Shown here: in pieces, positions 1 through 29,200 of the stretch | Layout of the letters: every line of letters starts with the position of its first letter | Numbering within the stretch: the stretch's first letter is position 1 | Source of the DNA: Tubiluchus corallicola | Lineage: Eukaryota > Animalia > Priapulida | NCBI GenBank assembly: GCA_030141605.1 | Contig: JAQGDQ010000281.1 | Coordinates: forward strand, 1-64,000 | DNA: 64,000 nt | Reading direction: 5' to 3' | Made by a program: the position numbers and the translations under genes | The notes under the pieces: generated by a model | The model's database searches: none | Told to the model about the DNA's origin: nothing | Seen by the model: the letters and a program-made list of their open reading frames with translations, nothing else

Positions 1-309
1 TCACTAACTGTATAATAGTACAATAGTTATTAGTTTGTTATAATTATTGAGATTTTGATGAGATACAGAAATGATGAGCGCATGATTGATCATCATTATG
101 AGTTTATTACCCTCATGATGAAGTGATGGCATGCAACTTGTGCTAGCATGAGGCAGCAATACAACAAAAATAATTTCATTATGGATTAGATCTACAACAC
201 ACTACATGCAATGAAGAGTTCTGTTAACACTTCAAATTTGGCAGACTTAGACAAATGTCTCTATGATCCGATGTAAACTTTTCACACTTCTTAAAAACAA
301 TTAACATAC

Positions 310-372
310 CACCATGAGAAATCCAATTCTTCCAGAAGTGCCACAACCACTAACAATTACTGTTCCAAAGTT
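310..372 (-). CDS. GCKR: GCKR-like exon with SGCGTSGR SIS motif
   Basis: ttatgcag|AACTTT...ATGGTG|gtatgt, 63 nt, phase 0-0. Confidence 0.85.
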
Positions 373-1594
373 CTGCATAAGAAAAAAATCATAAAACATG
401 TAATAGTTGGCACTGTCAGTGTTAAATGCGCTGTAACTGTTCATTTTTATTCATAAAATCTTGCAAGCTACATGAAGCAAAAACAAGATTATGAAGTTTG
501 GGTAGCAAGTTTTAATAAGGGCTAAAACAAATTCCATTGTTGAGCATTTTATATAATTTCAAATTATGGCAGCTACTTACTAAAATGTATTGTAGCTGTC
601 TGCTGCTTACACAAAAATGCACCATTTCATATAAAGACAGTAGTCTGCACAATACAAGCTTTGTAGAATTTAGCACCCATGGTTGTTAATTGATACTAGT
701 TTATTGTATTTAGTTCAGTTTATAGTTTTTAGTTGCTCTTCAGAAGAGCTGAAATCTTTGTCAAAGTGACACAATTTAATTCGTATTCTCTTGAGCTTTC
801 ATATGAAGTGTAGCAGGGTATAATAAAGCAAAAGCAAGCAGAAAATGTTTCAAAGAGCTCCATATTTTTCAAGTTTTGGCCCCATTCATAAGCTTTGTGC
901 ATACATCTAGAACAACCTGTACATTATGAACAAATAACGCATAATATTATGACCATACCATGAATGCCAGTGATGTTTGTAGAAAACAAAAAAAATATTT
1001 GAGCATATCATCACAGACTAAAGATAATTAAGCAACACAGGCCAAGACAAATAACCAACATCTTAATTTATTATCTTTTTCCTGCCCTAGAGTATGGACG
1101 TACCAAGTTTGGCTTTCACTGGTTCAGTAATTTTAGAAATTTATTGCAAAACATTAAAGAAAGAATTGAAGAAGAGATGCTCTAATGCTCTAAATTTTAC
1201 ACCTTCTCCTTTGGTAGAACGAGTGTTAAAATTGAATTTGCTATGCTGATTTATCAATGTTTCCAAGGAAAAGTGATTATGAAACCATCGTGCTACTCTA
1301 CATCTCTACTCTGTCCAGCGTAGGTCCATGAAACCATCTCAACAACAATTATTATTAAATTTTACATACCTCTTTCGTTATTTCTCTCGCTACGGCTGAT
1401 ACATTGTTAAATGTCACAGCATGTTTAGTTTCGTAATCCGTACTTTCGTTATAGCAACACTGAAGTTCTTTCATCAATAGCAAATCACATTTAGCAAGCT
1501 GTTGGACCATATCTTTACTGGATGCCCCATCTATATTCTTGGTAGTAAGATTGTTTTGCTCCGTGATAGGCAATACTACAGACTTTGTATCCAT
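310..1594 (-). CDS. GCKR: Glucokinase regulatory protein-like (SIS/MurQ family), 5' portion only; exons 1594-1370 and 372-310; continues beyond left edge
   Basis: Spliced translation MDTKSVVLPITEQNNLTTKNIDGASSKDMVQQLAKCD...EITKE|NFGTVIVSGCGTSGRIGFLMV resembles the GCKR N-terminus (PITEKSNPLT..LD..A..IVRLLGQCD) and the SIS motif VVLSGGGTSGRMAFLM; both junctions GT-AG, phase 0. Confidence 0.85.
1370..1594 (-). CDS. GCKR: GCKR-like coding exon (first seen)
   Basis: ATG 1594; acceptor ttcatgtag ends 1603; donor GAG|GTATGT at 1369; 75 codons. An additional upstream exon is likely. Confidence 0.8.
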
Positions 1595-3469
1595 GACATT
1601 CACTACATGAAAAATGAATGTTAAATTTATCACAGTCACTCACATCATAGGTAAACTTGACAAAATTTCATCTTTACATGACCACATTACAGTTGTATTT
1701 GCATATAAGTATTTATAAAATGTGCTAACAGCATAGAAATTCCTGCCACTCAGCTTTAATTATGCTAAAAGTTTTTGGTGTTAAAAGCTGTGTGTACTTA
1801 CTTTTTTCTTGTTTTACTCAAATGCAACTAAATAACAATTCGATATACGACTTAAATGAAGAAATTCAACATGTTCTTAATAATGTTTTTAAAACATCTT
1901 GAACTGTCTTGCTTGTACATCTAATAAGGAAACTGACAATTTCTAATAAAATTTGGTTCGTTTTTCATCTAATGAATCTTTTGTAAACGATATTTTGTCC
2001 CAAACTTGCAGAAAATATTAAGAATCATCATTAAACACAACAGCAACCAGAAAATAAATTTAGTCTTATGTGACAAAACATAAAAACTAAAGAGTACACG
2101 AAGTAAACATCGTTAGTACAGCTTTGTGTATCTATCCTTGTAGGTGTAATAACATATTTACCTATCCTACAATTTTCATGTCTGTTGTTGTAGGTGTTAG
2201 TAACGATAGTACCTCTATTATTTTAGGAGTTATTCAGTCACACATGTGCACGTGAGAAAGACTTCAAATGCATACAGCACATGCCTAATGCATGGCAGGT
2301 CTGTAAGAAAGTCCATTAAAAATTTTTAGACAAATGATCAACAAATATTCTTTGATGAAAGAATATCTCATAAGCAGAAATTAAATTTATAATTATTATT
2401 CACCAATCGTCTTATAGTTATGCCTAAATAGTAGTAGTAGATTTGGTTTAAATTGTATTTATTAGAACAAAAAACATTGTAGTACCTACATACATACAGT
2501 AATAGAATAAAATGCTGAATGCCCTTTACAGTCTCATAACAGATTACTTCTTTCTTTTGGGAGCTTTCACCTTAATGACCTCATCAGCTGAAAATTACAA
2601 ATAAAATGCTAAAGTATTACGTGTCAGTGTGAAAAAAAGAGAAAATTAAAAGCTAAAACATCGAAGATTTAAATATAAAACTTAGGAGTAAAAATCAAAT
2701 AAAAATACATTAAAATTGCAAAAGTGGAGAAAGAAAGATTATAATACAAAGTTTGAGTAATAATTTAGTGTTAAAATGCTAAATGCACCCAGAGACCAAC
2801 AGCGGAACACAGAAGGAAGGAAAGTCAATGTACTGATTAAAAGAAACATAGTGAGTAAAAATTGATTTAACAGCTACTATCCTTTCTCCAAATTAATTTT
2901 TGGTTTCAGTTTTTTAATAAGGTTATATTTGTAGTTTTTTATATTTTGTCTCTTATTTTAAAACATACAGTAGTAGAGTTAGTGGTTGTTTACAGTAGTA
3001 ATAGTATTCAAGGGACTTTAGACAAAATTTATGGAAACTTTAGTTTTGAGAATTTTTAAATTAATTATGAGTGATAATACGAATATTGTAGTATTTATAA
3101 ATACTCTAACTCTAAGCAGGCAGAATTGTAAACGAAGTCTGACGGAAGTGTGCTAACTGCGTCGTTTAATATAGTGCTTTTCAGCAGGTTTCAAGTAACT
3201 GAAGTAAAGAATTTTAACTAAATCATCCAATAATTTAACATTATTAAAATTACGCATCACTGTAACTAGAAACCTATACTGTAAACTACAGTAAAAAAGT
3301 ATAAGTTTGAAGCAAACTTGCGAGTTTAAAACTTTCATTATTTTAACACAGATTTCAATAAAAGAATAACTAAGAAACAATGCAAATCTTTTAACTTGAA
3401 ATTTCAATTAATTTTTAGGGTTACACAGCTCAGTACTTTTAAAGTTCACACGTGCTTGTATTTATTTTG

Positions 3470-3560
3470 GCATACAGTCCTAACGGGAAGCGGAACTACT
3501 TTCATCGGAACTATAAATTAATCCGATCCGGAATTTTTAAAACTTCTGATGCAATACAAT
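3470..3560. promoter_or_regulatory. Probable promoter of Src42A-like gene, possibly shared with the divergent GCKR-like gene
   Basis: Local CpG enrichment and several ETS-like CGGAA cores (3484-3533) just upstream of 5'UTR donor sites at 3602 and 3705. Confidence 0.45.
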
Positions 3561-3903
3561 TTGCTGATTTATAAACTGTCAACATTAACATAGCGTTTGA
3601 GGTAAGACGTTTACGTTAGAAACTTTTTATGATTATTATTTAGAAAAATGTTGATTTAAAAGGGGTCGCTGCATGAACAGTAGCACTACATTCGTGCGCT
3701 TGAGGTAAGATCGTTACGGCGTTACTCGACTCCTTTCTGAAGTGAAAATGTCAAATTGTAATAAGGTGTTACGCATCGTTCGTAGCTAATATTTTCTGTG
3801 CTAATATTTAGACATGATTGAGCCAGTGGACACCTGAGCCTTCTTCTCTGGATACCGAGATTTGTTAAGCATTCGTTGAAATGATTTTATAACGCATATT
3901 GTA

Positions 3904-21343
<17,440 letters not shown>

Positions 21344-23081
21344 ACATAGTGTATCTTAGAAAACTCGATATTATAACAAACTCTGATATTTGACATTGTA
21401 GTTTGTGTAACGTACTTGACTAATGTCACACAAAAACTGACATCTTTGTTGCAGAAGTCAATTTTAGTCTGCTAGTAATATGGCACCTAGTCTCTCTTTA
21501 TTGTATAAATGTGTTTTAACTGTGTTGTGAGAGCGTGGATTTGTTCCACCATTAAGTAAGAAACTAGAGAATAATATGATTCAGCACCTTTGTTTTTAAT
21601 ACAATAATAGCCTTGTCCTTGCTGCCTTAATACCGTCAGGAAAGTTAATAGCAAAATTATGAATGTCTCATTCTGCAATGACTTTATATTAGCATATACC
21701 TGCTGGTGTCTTAACCGCTTACAAATGTATGATTCAGAAAATAAAAAATGTGAGGCAGTATGGTGTGTGAAACCACCCAACGACAATTTTCTTTGCATTT
21801 TGGTAATCAAGCCCGATCGTGCATAATATTGAATGATCACTAAGCACATGTCCTAACTGTTAACTTTACTAAAAAGTAAGCATTTATTTAAATGAGGCTC
21901 TTGCCAATATTTATAAAGTAGATCAGAATTACTATATGCTAATCAATGTACAATGCAAATGTTAAGCATTTAATAGATACAGATTTTAACTGGCTTCGTG
22001 TATTGTACATAGATCTATAGACGCTAGTGTATAAATGGCTACATATTTCTGTTACTACATTTTTGCATGTATATAAATGATTAATGTGATTATGAATACT
22101 CATTCTGTGCATTTCAGTGTTTGCAGCAAATGCAAGTCAATGCTTATTGCTTTTATCATTTCACAACTTATTTCTGTAATAAACGGCTTATTGCTGAATA
22201 TGTTCCCTAATTTGATAAATGGTTTTGCTTGGCCAGTCATTTTCAGCTTGAGTGACTTAATAGTACCAGACGTTATTAACTTTATACAAGTATTTTCCAT
22301 TGTCTTTATTTATGAGCGTTTTTCTTTATTTTTTCTTATTTAAAATGTAAACATGGCCATATGGTGAAAGCATTTTGTATATAAACTATTATTTGTGAAA
22401 ACACCTGCACTTGTTTTATATTTTGAATTGGTATGTTATGCTTTATAACTTGCATTACTTGTATATTAGTTCAAATTGACTTTATAAACCGTTATATATA
22501 AGTATTGTTGTTTTAACCAATAGTCTGTCCACTTTATAAAAGTATTGCCTGATTTTATTGCATGTTATAAATATGCTGTGTATGCATAATGACTTAAATA
22601 AACTCGTACTTTTTTGTTTTATTATTATTTCAGATTTTTATTTTGGTTTCCCAAAGTTGTACAGTTTTGTGAAAAATACTTATTCTATTTTAAATTTTCT
22701 ACAAAGTTTATTGATGAAACATAAAAATAGTGGATTGATGTCACTGGTACATTATACGGTGTAATTTACATTGGTACATGGTATTCGCGGTGCTAATTAG
22801 AAATACGACATCTTACACAGTGACGGATTTGGATAAACCTTGAGTGTTGGTTCGTTGTAACAAAAAAAATGTGAGCAAAACATTTTGTGAATTTATTCCA
22901 AAAGGAAACCTGAACAAAATTAGAAGATACATTCAGTTCATTTTAGCCTTGGAAGAATTTGTATTCATATACACTGCTCGTATGTAAAAAAAAAGAAGTA
23001 TATGACTATTTACAGAAGATACAGCAATGCACACAATGGTTCTCTTCGTATTTCAGTACAAACCTAACGTTATTAAGTTTG

Positions 23082-23276
23082 TCATTCAACAACGGAATCA
23101 TCTTTACCAAACACTTCTGCCCATGCTTGCTCGTGACCGACTTCTGTCAGTGGGGAAAGAAGTTGTTCCGGGGTCGGTTCGTCTTCGTTCTCTAACCAGA
23201 TAAGCAGCATCCGCTGTGCTTGCTCTGCTAAATCACTCGTTTCAGACTCTAGGTATTCAATCTCATCGTCTTGAAT
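23082..23276 (-). CDS. THOC1: THOC1 last exon (death domain)
   Basis: IQDDEIEYLESETSDLAEQAQRMLLIWLENE...*. Confidence 0.92.
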   Translation of the reverse strand: MQDDEIEYLESETSDLAEQAQRMLLIWLENEDEPTPEQLLSPLTEVGHEQAWAEVFGKDDSVVE

Positions 23277-26200
23277 CTGAAAGTAATGACTGACTGTCAC
23301 TTAATAAGTTAATTTTAATCTATACCACTTACGGTAATACTACTAGATACCTTATCACAACAAAATAATGTAATATGTAACTTGGCATTTTCACAAAATT
23401 TGCAAGTTACGAATTTCGTAAGTAATAAGATTTTATCAACATTTGTAACGTTTTGACAATCAATATAGAAATTACCTTGAGAATTTTTGCTAGATCTTTC
23501 CAAGAGGAGCCTAGTTTTGAAGCCAACAGTGACATGTCTTCCGGAGTAATTCGTTCAGATTCTTCATCTACTATAGCATGAAAAGATACAACTTTTTACT
23601 ACTTAACATACTTGCTAATTTCTAGATTACAAATATACTACAAAAAATGCAGTTTTAAAAAATAGAGTCCAATTGCCATACCAACATTCCCTCGTTTGAA
23701 ACTAATAAGTGAATGAAAAAAAAATTCACATTTTAAGCTTGCTAACTCAGTTTATGCACTAGGATTTTATGCTCTCACTGTCACAACTCAATTTCCCTTA
23801 AAAATCCACCAGGCACTCCAAATTCTTACCTCTATGTCAATTTATAATGATTTTTAGCTTTTATACATAAATCATGGGCCAAGGCCAGAATTTTACCGCA
23901 GAAAGTAAAAAAATCCAAACACAAAATAGGTCCATACATGACGTTATTATATCTCTAGTCTAATAACTTGCTTATTACATATCAACACACATATATATAT
24001 ATAGCAAAACCATTGATCCAGAACCAGCAATTAGCTACAGCTGTTAATAGATGTTTAGAACCGTTTTCAGTACGAGGCATTGACTTTGCTAAACGAAGCT
24101 GCTGTATTTCACTTATTCATTTTTTCATCTAGACTAGGTTAGATGAAAAATTATAGAGCAGCTGCAACTTGCAAACCAAGAGAGATGACAATCAGTGACA
24201 TGTTGTGAGCATTTGATTCTATGAGAAAATTGCATCACATCCTGAATAAGACACATTGGCCTACTATACTAAGGGTGTTGAAAATATATCAAAAACTGAA
24301 ACGACAACAACCACACTGGTTTAGCTAGTTTTTTGTCTCTCGATTTCTGTTGTATAGAGAGACACAGCTACTGGGCAACCAGCTGCTGGCCAATAACTAG
24401 AAATCAAAGCTGACTCAAAAGATACTGAGAAAAAGTACACAGATATTTAGAGATGACATGTTGCTCCTCCTCAACTGAACTTTCTTCATCTTGACAATTA
24501 CCTGACTAACAAGGTGCTGGGTAATTGTTAAATGCTGAAAAGAGAGAGAAGTGGATGTTCACTCTGTCTTTATTTTGATAGATACCTTTTTCTCTGGCAT
24601 TAGGAATGTCATCATTGTGTTTCAAAAACTCTTCATTTTCCTCGTCGTCTTCCTCTTCCTCTTCTGCTGTTTCCGTTTCAGTTTTAACCGAAGAATCTAA
24701 ATTCATCTGAAAACATTATACAATTATTCTGATTTGTCATTTGATCTGCTATGAATGGTAACTAAACTCCATAAACCAACATCGATGATAAAGACATAAT
24801 AGATTTGAACATTTAAGAGTCATTCCGCGAGAAAACCATGCAAAAGTAAAAAAATAGTGGAAGGTGACAAATCACCGATTTTGTTCATATTCACAGGGTT
24901 GGATGATCCCCTCAGATGTGCCTCACAGCCAAAATATTAGATATCAAAAATGAGCCGTTTCGGAGATAGGCCGCCATTTTGATTTTTTTCAGATTTTGGC
25001 CATTTTGACGTAAAAAAATGACCTATATTTGTCACATCATTACAGGCAGTAAATGAATGATCAGGACTAGTTGCTGGGTGGTATATATAGTAGGGGTCTT
25101 GCCCTATTGCCACATTGAGTTTGATGAATTGAGATTCTCTTTCAGTAGGTATCATGAGCTCATGAAAGATGCGTGTCTGCGACAGTCTGAATGACACCCT
25201 GTTTTAAAATTCTCATAACTCCACTGGGGCGGGTATTTGAAGTATAATTAATATATGTTTATTTACAGCTTGACCAGGCATACTTAGATCATTAATAAAA
25301 TTTTGGCCGGCTCGTCCATAAATTGACGAGATTCGATCTTGAATGTGACCTAAATCGGAAAAAAATTAGTACGAATTATTCATAATTCTGAATAAAAAAA
25401 TGAAAATTTCAAAAAGAAACGATAAATTACCGTTTTTGTCTCTCTGTGTCTCTCTCTATCTCTCTGTGTCTCTCTCTCTGTCTCTCTGTGTCTCTCTCTG
25501 TCTCTCTGTCTTTGTCTCTCTCTGTGTCTCTCTCTCTCTGTCTCTCTCTCTGTCTCTGTCTCTCTCTGTCTCTCTGTGTCTCTCTCTGTCTCTGTCTCTC
25601 TGTGTCTCTCTCTATCTCTCTGTGTGTCTCTCTCTCTGTCTCTGTCTCTCTGTGTCTCTCTCTGCCTCTCTGTCTCTCTGTGTGTCTCTCTCTCTGTCTC
25701 TCTCTGTCTCTCTGTGTCTCTCTCTGTCTCTGTCTCTCTGTGTCTCTCTCTGTCTCTGTCTCTCTGTGTCTCTCTCTATCTCTCTGTGTGTCTCTCTCTC
25801 TGTCTCTGTCTCTCTGTGTCTCTCTCTGTCTCTGTCTCTCTGTGTCTCTCTCTGTCTCTCTCTATCTCTCTGTGTGTCTCTCTCTCTGTCTCTGTCTCTC
25901 TGTGTCTCTCTGTGTCTCTCTCTGCCTCTCTGTCTCTCTGTCTCTGTGTGTCTCTGTCTCTGTCTCTGTCTCTCTCTGTCTCTATGTGTCTCTCTGTGTC
26001 TCTCTCTGTCTCTCTGTAACTCTCTCTGTCTCTGTCTCTCTGCCTCTCTGTGTTTCTCTCTGTCTCTCTGTGTTTCTCTCTGTCTCTCTGTGTCTCTCTC
26101 TGTCTCTCTGTGTCTCTTTTAATAAGGAGGTTACCATAGCAACATATTACTATGTAGCAACTTACTGTATGTATTATCAATTATTAGCTTATTATTATTT

Positions 26201-29200
26201 ACTATAGTGCGACTTTTCATTGAATATTGGCGAATAAAAAATAGTCGTGGACGTAAAGAATTTGTTGTTGTCTTTTTGTTATTTTGAAAATTTGCGATTA
26301 TAAGCGTCAGCGCCCTGATTCTCGTTAGAGTTTAGTTGAATATGGCAGTCGGTGTATATGCATATATCTTTACGAGACGGTGGAAACCTGGCGGTTAAAT
26401 ACAATATGAGCGAATGGCTTGAAACATACGTTGCACAGAGTCGGAATTAGTATGTAACGGCCGAGGCAGGGTCGTACTGGCCTTTGCTGCGTTTCTTAAC
26501 CAGTTTTTTTGTTAATGCCCGTTGTTAGTAAGCAGAAGTCTGGTTGTCGAAGCTGCCAAAGTTGCCACACCAAGGTATTAGTAACTAACTAACTATTAAC
26601 TCGAATTGATTTGAGCAAAAATATCAGGGACTGACAGCTATTCGCCTGTTGAATACAAGACCACACAAAGCTGTGCGCGTTTTAAAAATTGGCTCGCAAC
26701 ATGTTATATTCGATGCTCGCGGCGGTTTCAATACAATTTCACAAATAGTGCCTTGCCTCGCCTTGTCCGCCTTACTTTAGAATCTTGTTTAGCAAAGCGA
26801 CACTAAACCTTTTTGACTGAAGTCTATTTTTCAGTCAAGACAGTGGGGCCCTCCCGAGGCCCCCGTATTGATCCACGGGCCATAGGTATATAGCCCGAGC
26901 ACTTGTGCACGAAACTGTTATTATGTACATGAAACTATTCCGTGTTTTATACAGATTATAAAAATCACTATGTTATAATCGTCACAGGGGCCCTTCGAAG
27001 GGAATGCGGCCCCCTGATGAGGGGCCTGGTTGCTAGGAGTGCCCAGACATCTAAAGCCAGTCCATTACTACTATAAACATTGACGTTGCTGCACTTTGTA
27101 TCGATTCTAATGGCAACACCGTCATCCAAAGGCGAATAGCTAAATATAGGTCAAGGTTGTGAAAATGGCAAAAAAGAGCAACTTTGGCTAAAAATTCTGG
27201 ACACTTGGGAGATCGCTGGCCAAAATTTTATTTCATGCATTTGTAGGACTAGTCAAGCTGCAAATAAAAATATATTGATTAGTCCCCCAATACCCGCCCC
27301 AGTGGAGTTACGGGGATTTCAAAATGGCGTCTAAATTCAGCAGCAGCAGACACGTATCTTTTGCAATCTGATGACACCAACTGAAAAGGAGGTTCAATTT
27401 GGCAACGATAATGGTACGGTAGGGTAAGACCCCTACTATATATATCACCAATTAACTAGTGCTGGATCGCTCATTTACTGTCTGTAATAACGTGAGAAAT
27501 AATGGGCAATTTTTTACGCCAAAATGGCCAAAATCCGAAAAAAATCAAAATGGCGGCTTTTCTCAGAAACGGCTCATTTCTGAAATCTAATATTTTGGCT
27601 GTGGGGTACATCTGAGGGGACCATCAAACCCTGTGAATATGAACAAAATCGGTGATTTGTCACCTTCCACTATTTTGCTGATTTTCTCACGGAATGACTC
27701 TTAAACTCTGAAAACCAGCTTCAACAATAAGATCCTGAAAGATATGATACACATAAAATAAAATTATAGATAATAGATGAGATATATGTGAATGTCCATT
27801 TCCATATTCTAAAGAAACACAAATCAAATTACAAGTACTTCGAAGAGTCCATTAAGAACTTCTTTCTCAGCATGAATTTTTCAAAAAAAAAATCAAAAAC
27901 TAAACAAAATTCACAAAGACACAAGAGCCACACTATGGCTGGAACAGACATAATATAGTAGCAAGACACAAGGGAATGAAACATATTATAACTAATATAA
28001 TAATTGATCAAATTAATTGATTAAAATTATAATCTTACATAAAATAATGAAAAGTAAAAATGTTAGGTGTTAAACATGCAAAATATTCTTCAGCAATAGT
28101 GTTATACATACCGGTAAATCTTTGGATAGCTTCTTTATCATTGCCTCTAAGTAGAGTGGTAGTGTTTTAGGAGGTTGATTACTATAAGTGAAAAAGTGAG
28201 GACTAGATCGCGCCAGTAATCGCAAAGCTCTCCAACCATAGTTACCATCATTGACCAATCTAAAATGACAAAACTATTTATTTTAACAATGTTAGCTATA
28301 GACGTAACATGTAATGTGATAAGATACAGTTTATTTAAAATCGATAAAATAAAACAAAATCATTAACCCAGAGAAGGACTATGGTAATCGATAAAGCATA
28401 TATCAAGAGACAATTAACAAATGGGTATAAAGTTAAAGTGCAAACATGAGCTTTTGAATGCTACAACTTTACATACAGAATAATACATCAATTACAACTT
28501 TACATACAGTCAATCAAAAATTAATACAGTTTATGCTAGAATCCTGCTAGTTTTCAAATTTGGCTACCTTTAATTATGCAAGATAACATCTTCTAATAGA
28601 CAAATAAATAGCTAATGAAGTACAATTTCATGTATTACTTAGAATAACTTTTCTTAAAAATTAATATTTATAATATTGCTAAAGATTGATCTGTACTTTC
28701 TTTATCATTTAATATGTTTTACAACATTGACCTATTACAAGTAAAGGAGTGTAAGAAAAACAACTTTTAGCAATTCTAAAACATTTATGCCTTTTAAATT
28801 AAAAATTGACTGGCAAGAACTAAACATGTTGCCAATATAGATATGCAACATTCACAGCATGCAACAGTTAAACAGCATACAATAGTTCATTTAAGTATAG
28901 GATTAGTTCATTTGATTTATGAACTTCTTTCCGCATTGAACATTCGACAAGTTCAAGACACAGTGTCCAGGTGCCAAAATATGAGAACCTGTTGCCATTC
29001 AGTATATTTCAGGCATCATAAAATTTTGTAATTCAGTATACACACACACACATATATATATATATATGCTCAGACTTTTTATAGTAACTTACTTTTCTCT
29101 TTCTGGCACATCTTTGGGATTTTCTACTTGAAAAATAGCATCAGTGAAAAAGTCTTCCATAGAAGGTAGAAAAACCCTGCGAAAAATGAGCAGTTAATTG

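Noticed and set aside
1200-1345. Extra GCKR exon on the minus strand
   Set aside because: No GCKR similarity; exons 1370 and 372 already join in phase without a gap.
25400-26207. Long ORFs of 134-253 aa rich in S/L/C/V or R/E/T/D
   Set aside because: Translations of a stop-free CT/GT microsatellite inside a transposon.
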